A stretch of DNA of 64,000 nt, from positions 4,769 through 68,768 of the forward strand of contig JBGSYZ010000013.1 in assembly GCA_041750655.1 (NCBI GenBank). The letters are read 5' to 3'. Positions 55,252 through 64,000 of this stretch are shown piece by piece. The notes under the pieces were generated by a model. It was not told where the DNA came from. It searched no databases and saw nothing but the letters and a program-made list of their open reading frames with translations. Source of the stretch: Minisyncoccia bacterium (GTDB lineage Bacteria; Patescibacteriota; Minisyncoccia; Phycocordibacterales; UBA918). A program made the position numbers and the translations under genes. Numbering within the stretch: position 1 is the stretch's first letter; the number at the start of each line of letters is the position of its first letter.

Positions 55252-57663
55252 TTAGTCAATAATAATGTTAAGGATTTTCCCAGGTTTATAAATCACTTTT
55301 ATAATTTTCCCTTCTTCTAATTTAGTCTTAATATTAGGGATATTTTTCGCTTCGCTTAACGCTTCTTCCTCAACAGCTCCAGGTGAAATAGTTATATCAC
55401 CTCTCACTTTTCCATTTATTTGTACGCCGATGGTTACTTCTGTGTCTACCGTTAAAGTATGGTCTGGTGATGGAAATTCAGCTACATGTATTGATTCATC
55501 ATGGCCAGCTTCATGGTGTAATTCTTCGGTAATATGTGGAGCAAACGGTGCTAAAAGTCTCAAAAAGGTCTCGTAACTATGATTGGTTAAGCCTTCTTTT
55601 TCAGCTAAGTTCACAAAAATCATCATGGCACTCACGGCTGTATTAAATTTGAAAGCTTCAATATCTTCACGTACTTTTTTTATAGTTTTATGTAGTAACG
55701 TCGTAACTTCTTTAGTTTCGTTTTTGTTAATGTGTGCAGAAAGCCCGTTGACTCTTTCTAAAAAACGTCTAGCTCCAGCGAGACCATCTTTACTCCACGC
55801 AATAGTGTTCTCAAACGGACCCATAAACATTTCATACACACGAAGTGTATCTGCGCCCACCAGTTCGACAATGTCATCTGGATTAATTACATTTCCCCAG
55901 CGCTTACTCATTTTGCGGCCGTCTTCGGCCAAGATAAAGCCAAGAAATTCCAAACGTTGAAAAGGCTCATTGGTACTTACGACTCCAATATCATAGAGGA
56001 ATTTATGCCAAAAACGCGCGTAGATAAGGTGACGTACCGCGTGATCACCACCAACGTATACATCGACCGGCGCCCAGTATTTTTCATTTTCTTTACTTAC
56101 TAGTGCCTTGTCGTTTTTATTGTCCATGAATCGCAAGTAATACCACGAAGAACCAGCCCATTGCGGCATAGTATTGGTTTCGCGCTTTCCTGCTCCTCCA
56201 CAAGTCGGACAGGTAGTGTTAACCCACTCGTCGATATTCGCGAGTGGAGACTGTCCATCTCCAGCTGGTTCATAGTGTTCGACTTCAGGCAGTGTCACCG
56301 GAAGTTGATCTTCTGGCACTGCCACTGGTCCGCATTTCCCGCAGTGGACAATCGGAATTGGTTCTCCCCAATAGCGTTGACGAGAAAATACCCAGTCGCG
56401 GATTTTATAGGTATTGGTCATCCGCCCCCCGACTTTTTTCGTGATGGCTTTCTTGGCTTCTTCAGAGTCCATTTCATTAAATTCACCTGAGTTGATCAAT
56501 CTTCCTGGACTCACATAAATTATTGTTCCCCGCTCAACAATTTCTTTCTCTAATCGATATTCTTCAGGAACTTGAATTACTTGGCGTATTTCAATTTCGT
56601 ACTTTTTAGCAAACTCCCAGTCTCGCTCATCATGGGCTGGCACAGCCATAATGGCACCAGTGCCGTAGCTCGCGAGCACGTAGTCGGCAATGTAGACCGG
56701 AATTTCTTCGCCATTGGCAGGATTAGTCGCAGTGATACCTTCAATCTTTACCCCAGTCTTTTCTTTGGTGTCGTCGAGGCGGTCCATCTCCTTTTTATTT
56801 GCCGCTTCTTTGATGTAGTTTTCTACTTCAGAAATATTAGAAATAGCGGTTCGGTTTTTAAATATGAGTTCATGCTCTGGCGCTAGTACCATATAGGTTG
56901 CCCCAAAGAGTGTATCAGGTCGGGTAGTAAATACTGTCACAGTGTCGCCGGTAGAGAGCACAAAATCTATTTCCGCTCCTTCTGAACGGCCAATCCAGTT
57001 TCGTTGTGCTTCCTTAATATGCTCTGGCCACTCAAGCGTGTCTAAGTCCTCTAACATCCGGTCAGCGTACTCACGAATTTTCAAAACCCACTGTCGCATT
57101 GGTCGTTTCTCTACTACAGAGTCACAACGTTCACAGGTGCCGTCAGCTTCGAGGTCTTCGTTAGCGAGACCAGTCTGACAGCCAGGACACCAGTTGATAG
57201 GCTCATGACTTTCGAAAGCTAAACCTTTTTTGAATAGTTGAATGAAAATCCACTGCGTCCATTTATAGTAACTTGGGTCAGTAGTGTTGATTTCTCTATC
57301 CCAATCGTAATCAAAACCGAGTTTTTCTAACTGTGATTTAAAATTAGCAATATTTTTGTCTACCGCTACTCGGGGATGCACTTTGTGTTTGATAGCAAAG
57401 TTTTCAGCCGGTAAGCCAAACGCATCCCAACCCATAGGGTGAAGAACCTCATGACCAGTCATGCGCTTGAAGCGAGAGTAAATATCAGTGGCAATATAGC
57501 CTTTTGGGTGGCCAACGTGGAGACCTTCCCCTGACGGATATGGGAACATATCGAGCACAAAGGTTTTTGGCTTGCTACTTTCAGTAGTTTTATAGATACC
57601 AGATTCTGCCCATTTTTTCTGCCACTTCGTTTCTATTTCTTTATGTTCAAATCTCTTATGCAT
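55252..57663 (-). CDS. leuS: leucyl-tRNA synthetase
   Basis: HVGHPKGY (HIGH), KMSKRWGN (KMSKS), CP1 editing domain; 803 aa. Confidence 0.95.
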   Translation of the reverse strand: MHKRFEHKEIETKWQKKWAESGIYKTTESSKPKTFVLDMFPYPSGEGLHVGHPKGYIATDIYSRFKRMTGHEVLHPMGWDAFGLPAENFAIKHKVHPRVAVDKNIANFKSQLEKLGFDYDWDREINTTDPSYYKWTQWIFIQLFKKGLAFESHEPINWCPGCQTGLANEDLEADGTCERCDSVVEKRPMRQWVLKIREYADRMLEDLDTLEWPEHIKEAQRNWIGRSEGAEIDFVLSTGDTVTVFTTRPDTLFGATYMVLAPEHELIFKNRTAISNISEVENYIKEAANKKEMDRLDDTKEKTGVKIEGITATNPANGEEIPVYIADYVLASYGTGAIMAVPAHDERDWEFAKKYEIEIRQVIQVPEEYRLEKEIVERGTIIYVSPGRLINSGEFNEMDSEEAKKAITKKVGGRMTNTYKIRDWVFSRQRYWGEPIPIVHCGKCGPVAVPEDQLPVTLPEVEHYEPAGDGQSPLANIDEWVNTTCPTCGGAGKRETNTMPQWAGSSWYYLRFMDNKNDKALVSKENEKYWAPVDVYVGGDHAVRHLIYARFWHKFLYDIGVVSTNEPFQRLEFLGFILAEDGRKMSKRWGNVINPDDIVELVGADTLRVYEMFMGPFENTIAWSKDGLAGARRFLERVNGLSAHINKNETKEVTTLLHKTIKKVREDIEAFKFNTAVSAMMIFVNLAEKEGLTNHSYETFLRLLAPFAPHITEELHHEAGHDESIHVAEFPSPDHTLTVDTEVTIGVQINGKVRGDITISPGAVEEEALSEAKNIPNIKTKLEEGKIIKVIYKPGKILNIIID

Positions 57664-57671
57664 ATAACAAT

Positions 57672-57703
57672 AAACCCTACGTTTAGTTTATAACGTAGGG
57701 TTT
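57672..57703 (-). terminator. hairpin terminator (weak U-tract)
   Basis: AAACCCTACGTT-N8-AACGTAGGGTTT. Confidence 0.45.
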
Positions 57704-57738
57704 ATTATGCCTTTAAATACAACTAAGTCAAAATTTCA

Positions 57739-58734
57739 CTATTGTTTATATACATCATCAATTTCTCGCTCAAAACACCAATTGCCAGGCTTGTAATCCC
57801 AATTGTAATTTTTAGACAGACCAGGACCAGTTACAGGTCGAGCGACTGAGTAGTCATTACCAGTTACGCTAGAATCACGTACAAAAGTGGCACAAAGTTC
57901 GTACGTTTTTTCACCAGTTACCTTATACTCGTACGCGCTACGTCCATCGGGTGCGGTCGGTACTGGGAATTCACCGTACAGTTCAGCTAAATCAGTCGGA
58001 AGTTTTTCATTTGAACGATAGTATTCTTCAGTTCGCCACTGCATATCCTGAAGGACACCAAGCTGTTCGTTGTCGATACGTGCTTCACGAGCTTCGTTAG
58101 GCATTTCTAAGTGGTATAAACTGGCTACAATGGCACCAAGCACGATAGCGGTAGCAACTGCTCCATACATAACTGACATACCCATACGCATTTGCCAGTA
58201 GCCCTGTGCGTCTCGCAGGTAGTAATAGAAAACGGCTCCGAGCACGAGAACTACGGCCAACGCTTTCATCAGAAATCGAGTTGTAATTTCCCCTTCAAGG
58301 AAAAACATAATCACTACTACCAAATCTATGAGCATGGCAATACCAGCTATAAGTAGTGAAATATAAATAGCCCACTTAGTCAGGGCGCTGTAGATAGCTT
58401 CAGAATTACGTCTCGTTTGATTCACGATTCGAGTGAGGGCTAAATATACCGGAAAGAACACAATCAAAATTGCCAAACTACTACGCATGGCAGTCTGACT
58501 GCTACTCCATTCCCACGAACCGGCGGCGGCATCAGGAATAGCGACATTAATTGTATTAAAAATTAGGGTTAAGAGAGCGGCTATCGACACATATAGTGTA
58601 ATCAACGAGCCAAGTTGAAGCACAAAATTTTTTGGTAAATTACTCATATTGTAATTATACACCCGATTTTCTTTAAAAGTTATTATGTGAGACAATATAA
58701 GTATGAAACCAGAAGACTTGCAAAAAGCCCCCAA
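57739..58734 (-). CDS. polytopic membrane protein with C-terminal soluble domain (hypothetical); the real start is probably the internal MSNLPKN…
   Basis: About 5 TM helices followed by a ~120-aa hydrophilic domain. Confidence 0.45.
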   Translation of the reverse strand: MGAFCKSSGFILILSHIITFKENRVYNYNMSNLPKNFVLQLGSLITLYVSIAALLTLIFNTINVAIPDAAAGSWEWSSSQTAMRSSLAILIVFFPVYLALTRIVNQTRRNSEAIYSALTKWAIYISLLIAGIAMLIDLVVVIMFFLEGEITTRFLMKALAVVLVLGAVFYYYLRDAQGYWQMRMGMSVMYGAVATAIVLGAIVASLYHLEMPNEAREARIDNEQLGVLQDMQWRTEEYYRSNEKLPTDLAELYGEFPVPTAPDGRSAYEYKVTGEKTYELCATFVRDSSVTGNDYSVARPVTGPGLSKNYNWDYKPGNWCFEREIDDVYKQ

Positions 58735-58972
58735 ATTATTCGCTGAAAATATTAAAATAGGTTTTAGTCCTGAGTACTTTGTACTGGGTATCAGTTCTGG
58801 TAGCCAAGCACAGATATTTTCGCTTTCCCCTGGTCACGCTAAACGATTACATCAGTATCTAGAGCATGAGCTAAAAGAATTTGAAGCCAAACACGGTGAA
58901 ATCACCGCCGAATGGAATCCAAATGTAGTCAGTCCGGTACAGCGTGCTAACCCACCGTCAGAGGGCAGTTAA
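58703..58972 (+). CDS. small hypothetical protein (89 aa)
   Basis: ORF with a duplicated 3' end downstream (see findings). Confidence 0.4.
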   Translation: MKPEDLQKAPKLFAENIKIGFSPEYFVLGISSGSQAQIFSLSPGHAKRLHQYLEHELKEFEAKHGEITAEWNPNVVSPVQRANPPSEGS

Positions 58973-59087
58973 AATCCCTATGTAAGGTGAATGAGGCGTT
59001 AGCCGAGGCTTAAAAACAACGAGCGTAAGCGACTATGTTTTTATGCCCTTCCGTTAGTTATTTTTCCCAGAAAATAAGTAGGAAGCC

Positions 59088-59127
59088 GGAATCCAAATGT
59101 AGTCAGTCCGGTACAGCGTGCTAACCC
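59088..59127 (+). repeat. 40-nt exact direct repeat of 58914-58953 (3' end of the 89-aa gene)
   Basis: GGAATCCAAATGTAGTCAGTCCGGTACAGCGTGCTAACCC present twice, 174 nt apart. Confidence 0.8.
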
Positions 59128-59156
59128 GCCTGGAGAAGGTAGTTAGAGATAAAAAA

Positions 59157-59186
59157 GAAGAGCGCCTACGGCGCCCTTCTTTTATT
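59157..59186. terminator. bidirectional intrinsic terminator
   Basis: GAAGAGCGCC-TAC-GGCGCCCTTC flanked by AAAAAA/TTTTATT. Confidence 0.7.
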
Positions 59187-59376
59187 CACTAAATTTAAAT
59201 GTTGATTCTTCGGCTGGTTGTTGGCTGGGCTGGAGTTCTGGTCTGTCAGGTAAGATAATCGGACCAGGACTAGTGAAATCTAGATTAACAGAAATACCAA
59301 GGGCAGCCAGGACACCAAAAATTAACAGCACTAGTGCAATTACTATTCCTAAAACGAGTAGTGCTGTTTTAAGCAT
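59182..59376 (-). CDS. small single-TM protein (~64 aa from MLKTALLVLG…)
   Basis: The ORF track gives 59182..59427. The internal Met removes the overlap with ychF and begins a hydrophobic helix. Confidence 0.35.
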   Translation of the reverse strand: MLKTALLVLGIVIALVLLIFGVLAALGISVNLDFTSPGPIILPDRPELQPSQQPAEESTFKFSE

Positions 59377-59407
59377 GGTGTAATTATTATAACAACTCAA
59401 ATAGAGA

Positions 59408-60508
59408 CTACGAGTGCATAAATTCAATCACCTCTCCATCTTTAACAATGTATTCTTTTCCTTCAGTGCGCAAACGACCAGCATCACGAGTTTTGGCAGT
59501 GCCACCATACTGTACAAAGTCTTCGAAACTAATTACTTGAGCTCGAATATATTTATCTTTGAAATCAGTATGAATAGCTGCTCCTGCTTCTGGTCCAGTA
59601 GAACCTTCTTTGATAGTCCATGCTCGGGTTTCCTTCTCACCGGTAGTAAAAAAAGAAATAAGACCCAGTCGATCATAACAAGCGCGTATCAGAGAATTTA
59701 CACCAGAATCTAAGGTTCCATACTCGCGCCGAAATTCAATTTTTTCATCTTCTTCTAAATCTTTCAGTTCATGCTCAACGCCGGCATCAACCACCACGTA
59801 TTGAGCGTTGTTTTTTTCAAAAAATTCCAAAAGTTCATGCCAGCGTTCATCACTTTGGTCGTCGAGATTATATGACGTATTTTTTTTGTTACAGACATAA
59901 AGAACTGGCTTCATGGTAAGTAAGTGCATACTTGTGAGTATTTTAGATTCTTCTTTAGACAACTCTAACGAATGTGCCATCAATCCAGCACTTAGGTGAT
60001 GGCGAACCTTTTCCAGTACTTCTTTTTCTTCTAACGCCGATTTATCACCTCTTTTTATATCTTTTTCCAGATTTCCCAATCGTTTAACTATCGTTTCAGT
60101 GTCGGCCATTATTAATTCGAGATTTATGACCTCAATGTCTGATAAAGGATCAACGGCTCCGGCAACGTGGTGGATGTCTTCGTCATCAAAAATTCTTACC
60201 ACTTCTGCAATCATATCTACCTCACGGATATTGGCGAGGAACTTATTCCCTAAACCTTCGCCATCAGCGGCACCTTTCACGAGACCAGCGATATCTACAA
60301 ATTCGATGGCTGCTGGGATCACTTTTTCTGAACCAGATATTTCTGAGAGAGATTTAAGTCGTCCATCCGGCACACCCACTACACCCACTGCTGGGTCGAT
60401 GGTACAAAACGGATAGTTTTCGGCCGGTACAGCACTACGGGTCAATGCATTAAAAAGCGTGGATTTACCCACGTTTGGCAGACCAACAATTCCTACTGAA
60501 AGTGACAT
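59408..60508 (-). CDS. ychF: ribosome-binding ATPase YchF (Obg-family GTPase)
   Basis: G1 GIVGLPNVGKSTLFNALT; C-terminal TGS domain; 366 aa. Confidence 0.9.
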   Translation of the reverse strand: MSLSVGIVGLPNVGKSTLFNALTRSAVPAENYPFCTIDPAVGVVGVPDGRLKSLSEISGSEKVIPAAIEFVDIAGLVKGAADGEGLGNKFLANIREVDMIAEVVRIFDDEDIHHVAGAVDPLSDIEVINLELIMADTETIVKRLGNLEKDIKRGDKSALEEKEVLEKVRHHLSAGLMAHSLELSKEESKILTSMHLLTMKPVLYVCNKKNTSYNLDDQSDERWHELLEFFEKNNAQYVVVDAGVEHELKDLEEDEKIEFRREYGTLDSGVNSLIRACYDRLGLISFFTTGEKETRAWTIKEGSTGPEAGAAIHTDFKDKYIRAQVISFEDFVQYGGTAKTRDAGRLRTEGKEYIVKDGEVIEFMHS

Positions 60509-60614
60509 AATTTGAACAGCTTAACAGAATATTGAAAAAGAAAAAGCAGACATACTAAAGAGATCAAAATTTATCTAAATCTAGTACAACACAAATATGC
60601 TTTATGGGGTGAAC

Positions 60615-61202
60615 TTAGCAAGCGTTTTTACCAAGCGTCTCAATATCTTTAAGCCACTTTTCACGGCATATGCCATCAACTTTCTCGCACGGACCTAACG
60701 TTTTAACTTTGGTTTTAATGCCGGCAAAACCGAGAATCCCGTGCTGAATTTCATTAGTGAAATCACCGAACTGCCACCAAGTTTGAAACGCACTATGAGT
60801 ACCAGAAATCACAATTACTCTACCCGTCTTCCCCTTCAAGTGTTGGTCGATACGCTTTGTTTCTTTATTAAAATTAAAGGCAAATCCAGGCAGCCAAAAT
60901 CTATCAAAAAGACCTTTAAGGATTGCCGGCATGGTCACCCACCAGTTTGGGTAAATGATTACAATATGATCAGCCCAACGGAATTTTTCTTGTAGAGCAA
61001 TTAAATCTGGTTCTAAAGCTTGGATTTCTTTGTAGCCTTTATGAAGAATAGGGTCAAAATTTAAATCTCCGATATTAACTCGCACTACTGTGTGACCAGC
61101 ATCTTCGGCACCAACTTGATAGTGGTCGGCAACATAACCTGAAAATGTATCTGTATCTGGATGACCTAAAAGAACGAGGATATTTTTTGATGTAGTTGCC
61201 AT
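60615..61202 (-). CDS. flavodoxin-like NAD(P)H-dependent oxidoreductase (NQO1/MdaB/KefF-like)
   Basis: ILVLLGHPDTDTFSGYVADHY N-terminal flavodoxin_2 pattern. Confidence 0.75.
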   Translation of the reverse strand: MATTSKNILVLLGHPDTDTFSGYVADHYQVGAEDAGHTVVRVNIGDLNFDPILHKGYKEIQALEPDLIALQEKFRWADHIVIIYPNWWVTMPAILKGLFDRFWLPGFAFNFNKETKRIDQHLKGKTGRVIVISGTHSAFQTWWQFGDFTNEIQHGILGFAGIKTKVKTLGPCEKVDGICREKWLKDIETLGKNAC

Positions 61203-61220
61203 ATTTACTAAGTATACAAA

Positions 61221-61245
61221 GTGCGCGAGGCTTTGCCTCGCGCAC
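61221..61245 (-). terminator. GC-rich hairpin terminator after the 103-aa gene
   Basis: GTGCGCGAGG-CTTTG-CCTCGCGCAC. Confidence 0.5.
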
Positions 61246-61268
61246 CTGTTGAAATCTTTATTTTTAAA

Positions 61269-61580
61269 TTATCGTATTGAACCGTCTGCGTTGAATTTTC
61301 CAGCTGAACCTCCAGCCATTTGTGCCATCTTTTGCATCATTTCTGGGCCCATAGCTTCTTGTAATTCTTTCTGGTACTTAGGAAGTACTTTAGTTGCAGC
61401 AGCCATTTGATTGTTGCCGTTATTCTTCATTTCAGCTTGAATTTCTTTAGCAATCTTTTCCATAAGACCAGGGTTTTTTTCAACTAATCCCATTATCATG
61501 TCTTGTTGATCCTGCGGCACGTCTTTCATCTGCGATTGCAGTGCCTTTTTCATCGCAAATTGTTTTATTTTTCCAAACAT
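61269..61580 (-). CDS. Met/Gln/Lys-rich small hypothetical protein (103 aa)
   Basis: ORF with terminator; no motif. Confidence 0.4.
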   Translation of the reverse strand: MFGKIKQFAMKKALQSQMKDVPQDQQDMIMGLVEKNPGLMEKIAKEIQAEMKNNGNNQMAAATKVLPKYQKELQEAMGPEMMQKMAQMAGGSAGKFNADGSIR

Positions 61581-61640
61581 AGTGCCCTATTCTAGCAAAC
61601 AAGCTGCTAGTCTCAAAACCAAGTTATTAAGCGTTTTTGC

Positions 61641-63257
61641 TTGACAAACAATGAAAATAGTGTAATGTCAAGCGGTCAAATATTACACATTATGAAAATA
61701 CTTATCGCAGTCGCTACAGACATTTTAAATCAAATTAAAAGACTAAAACCAACAACTAAAAAAGGTTGGGTTATATTAGTAGTTAGTATTGTTTTATTGG
61801 GAATTGGAGCTAAAATTTTTATATTTACTGGTGATGAGGTGGTAGCTGAATCAGAAAATAAGCCTACTTTAGTCGAACTAGCTCCAGCTGCTAGTTATGC
61901 TTCAGCGAATTCTGTTTCTCTCGTCGGAACAGTCCGAGCTGTAAGCGAAGCTCAAATTCAAGCGGAACGAGGTGGCCGGGTTACTTCGGTACGTGTCAAA
62001 GCAGGCGACACTGTAGCAGCCGGTACCATAATTGCCACTTTAGAAAATGCCTCAGAATATGCCAGCTTACTACAAGCTGAAGGTGCGTATGAGGCGGCTC
62101 AAGCTGGTGCTGCACAAAGTAATGTTGGAGTTAATGAAACAGAAAACAATCTTAATCAAACATTAAAAAATGCAGAAAATACCTATCAAAGTGCCTATAC
62201 TACAATAAGTGATATGGTCTATAACTCCCTTGATACTTTTTATTCTAACCCTACTAATGGAATTATTGGTCTTAGAATTGATGGGGGTAGTAGTATTGGG
62301 TTCCTAAATTCGGAACGGGTAGCGTATAGATCATTGTTAAGTTCATGGCAAAGTAAAGCTGATACTCAATTTACAACTGCTAATTACAGTACCTTACTTT
62401 CTGAAGCAATAGCCAACGCAGAACGCACCAGAACTATTGTTGATTCACTGCTTTCTGAAATTAACGATGCAAATAACAATGAAACTTTAAATGGTACATT
62501 AGTATCAAACTACAGCACTGGTTTAAACGCTAACAGGGCAACTTTAAACACATTAATTTCTGCATTAACAAATGCAAAAACTTCTGTCGAAAATGCCCAG
62601 GAAGCATTAGCTCGGGCAGAAATTGGCGGTACTTCAAGTACAGTTTCTTCTGCCAATGCTCAAGTAAAACAAGCGCTGGGATCACTTCGTGCTGCGCAAG
62701 CAAACTACGAAAAAACAATACTTCGAACACCGATTGCGGGGACAGTTAACACACTTAAAGTAAATACTGGTGATTATCTTGCTCCGTCTACACAAGTGGC
62801 TGAAGTAGCTAATAACAAAGCACTAGAAATTTCAGTGTATGTCGGCGAATCCGATTTAGAGCTTGTTAAAGTTGGCGAAAAGGTAACTATAGGAGCTGGT
62901 ACTGAAGGAACAATTGTATCGGTAGCTCCAGGGATTGATTCGACGACCCAAAAAACTGAAGTAAAAATTGCCGCTGAAGATTCATCATTAACTAACGGTG
63001 ACACAGTAGTTGTACAACTTAAAATTGAGAATAAGAATATTGACTCTGCGTTACTCATTCCAATAACAGCCATTAAATTCACAGCTTCAGAAGGATCTGT
63101 TTTCACGATAGAAGATGGGCAATTAAAAACTGTACCGATTGAAGTTGGTGCCATACGAGGTAACCTAGTAGAAGTAGTTAGTGGGATCTCTGCTGATACT
63201 CTCATAGTAAAAGATGCACGCGGTCTATCAGAAGGTCAACATGTAACAACTGAATAA
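61641..63257 (+). CDS. RND-efflux periplasmic adaptor (membrane fusion protein, HlyD family) with a long coiled-coil insertion
   Basis: N-terminal TM; lipoyl-like VKAGDTVAAGTIIATLE; C-terminal ILRTPIAGTVNTLKVNTGDYL. Confidence 0.8.
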   Translation: MTNNENSVMSSGQILHIMKILIAVATDILNQIKRLKPTTKKGWVILVVSIVLLGIGAKIFIFTGDEVVAESENKPTLVELAPAASYASANSVSLVGTVRAVSEAQIQAERGGRVTSVRVKAGDTVAAGTIIATLENASEYASLLQAEGAYEAAQAGAAQSNVGVNETENNLNQTLKNAENTYQSAYTTISDMVYNSLDTFYSNPTNGIIGLRIDGGSSIGFLNSERVAYRSLLSSWQSKADTQFTTANYSTLLSEAIANAERTRTIVDSLLSEINDANNNETLNGTLVSNYSTGLNANRATLNTLISALTNAKTSVENAQEALARAEIGGTSSTVSSANAQVKQALGSLRAAQANYEKTILRTPIAGTVNTLKVNTGDYLAPSTQVAEVANNKALEISVYVGESDLELVKVGEKVTIGAGTEGTIVSVAPGIDSTTQKTEVKIAAEDSSLTNGDTVVVQLKIENKNIDSALLIPITAIKFTASEGSVFTIEDGQLKTVPIEVGAIRGNLVEVVSGISADTLIVKDARGLSEGQHVTTE

Positions 63258-63258
63258 T

Positions 63259-64000
63259 ATGTGGGAATTCTTCATAAAAAACAATAAATTCGCCTATCTC
63301 TTCTTGGCGGGACTAATTGGACTAGGTTCGTATAGTATTATCGCTATTCCCAAAGAGTCTGCTCCAGAAGTAGTAATTCCGGTTGGGGTTGTAAGTACTG
63401 TGTTGCCGGGCGCTCCAGCAGCAGATGTTGAGTCGTTAGTCACAAATGAAATTGAACGTGGCTTGTCATCGCTAGAAAATGTTAAAAAAATAACCTCTAC
63501 TTCACGTGAGAGTGTCTCCAGTGTAGTGGTAGAGTTTGAAGCAAGTGCTGATTTAGATAAATCTATACAGGATTTGAAAGATGAAGTTGATAACATTAAG
63601 AAAGATTTGCCGGCTGATGCTGAAGATCCATTTGTGTCTGAAGTAAATTTTGTTGATCAACCTATCCTAACCATTGCGATTTCTGGTGACTTAAGTGACC
63701 AAGCGTTTACTTCGTTAGCCAAATCTGTCGAAGATGAACTTGAGTCAGTCAGTGGTGTTTCTCGAGTGGAAAAAAGCGGCGTGCGTGATCGAGAAGTGAC
63801 AGTGATTGTAGATCAAACTGCTTTAGTAAGATTTGATTTGAGTCTAAATGAAATCACTAATGCCATTCGCAGTGCCAATTTGTCTTTCCCGATTGGTCAA
63901 ATCAAAAATGATGGAATTGCGTACAATGTTGCTTTTGAAGGTGACATTACTGATACATCCGAGATTGCTAACATCAGTGTTAAAACACTAGGTGGTCAAC
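63259..64000 (+). CDS. RND efflux permease (AcrB/HAE family), N-terminal part; truncated by the window end
   Basis: MWEFFIKNNKFAYLFLAGLIGLGSYSIIAIPKESAPEVVIP…; starts 2 nt after the adaptor stop. Confidence 0.8.
   Translation, partial: MWEFFIKNNKFAYLFLAGLIGLGSYSIIAIPKESAPEVVIPVGVVSTVLPGAPAADVESLVTNEIERGLSSLENVKKITSTSRESVSSVVVEFEASADLDKSIQDLKDEVDNIKKDLPADAEDPFVSEVNFVDQPILTIAISGDLSDQAFTSLAKSVEDELESVSGVSRVEKSGVRDREVTVIVDQTALVRFDLSLNEITNAIRSANLSFPIGQIKNDGIAYNVAFEGDITDTSEIANISVKTLGGQ

Noticed and set aside
55583-57178. Antisense ORFs inside leuS (55583..55960, 56161..56490, 56572..56886, 56942..57178)
   Set aside because: Embedded in a conserved 803-aa synthetase gene; no start signals; typical shadow ORFs.

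Overview
64 kb AT-rich (~40% GC) bacterial chromosomal segment. It is densely packed, mostly minus-strand housekeeping content, and its style fits a small-genome bacterium (possibly Patescibacteria/CPR-like; inference only).

Recognisable genes:
- DNA repair: ung, a NUDIX hydrolase, a DEDDh exonuclease, an MGMT C-domain protein, a Cas4-like nuclease.
- Cell-envelope cluster: murG-ftsW-mraY, a D,D-carboxypeptidase, an M23 peptidase, mltG.
- Chromosome condensation: scpA and scpB.
- Five aminoacyl-tRNA synthetases: gltX, aspS, trpS, alaS (short, 622 aa), leuS.
- The grpE-dnaK-dnaJ operon.
- A ribosomal / RNA-polymerase block: infA-rpmJ-rpsM-rpsK-rpsD-rpoA-rplQ-rplM-rpsI.
- Peptidases pepA and pepF.
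- mnmA, ychF and a LOG-family protein.
- A SIS + ROK sugar-metabolism pair.
- A sensor histidine kinase.
- An RND efflux pair at the 3' edge (the permease is cut by the window end).

No rRNA, no convincing tRNA and no CRISPR array were seen.

The parts most worth a second look are non-coding or accessory:
- A ~430-nt GC-rich promoter-to-terminator unit wedged between scpA and scpB.
- A ~1.1 kb hairpin-dense intergenic region (8.7-9.9 kb) with a repeated CGTATACAA motif and tandem terminator-like repeats.
- Two ORF-less plus-strand transcription units upstream of grpE.
- An accessory-looking nuclease cluster: an ATP-cone + restriction-endonuclease-fold fusion, a Cas4-like Fe-S nuclease, a mini-MGMT, and an HD alarmone-hydrolase-like protein.
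- A sigma70-region4 + HARE-HTH fusion protein.
- A glycine-amidinotransferase-family enzyme next to a DMT transporter.

All calls rest on motif recognition by eye and the supplied ORF track; no searches were run.
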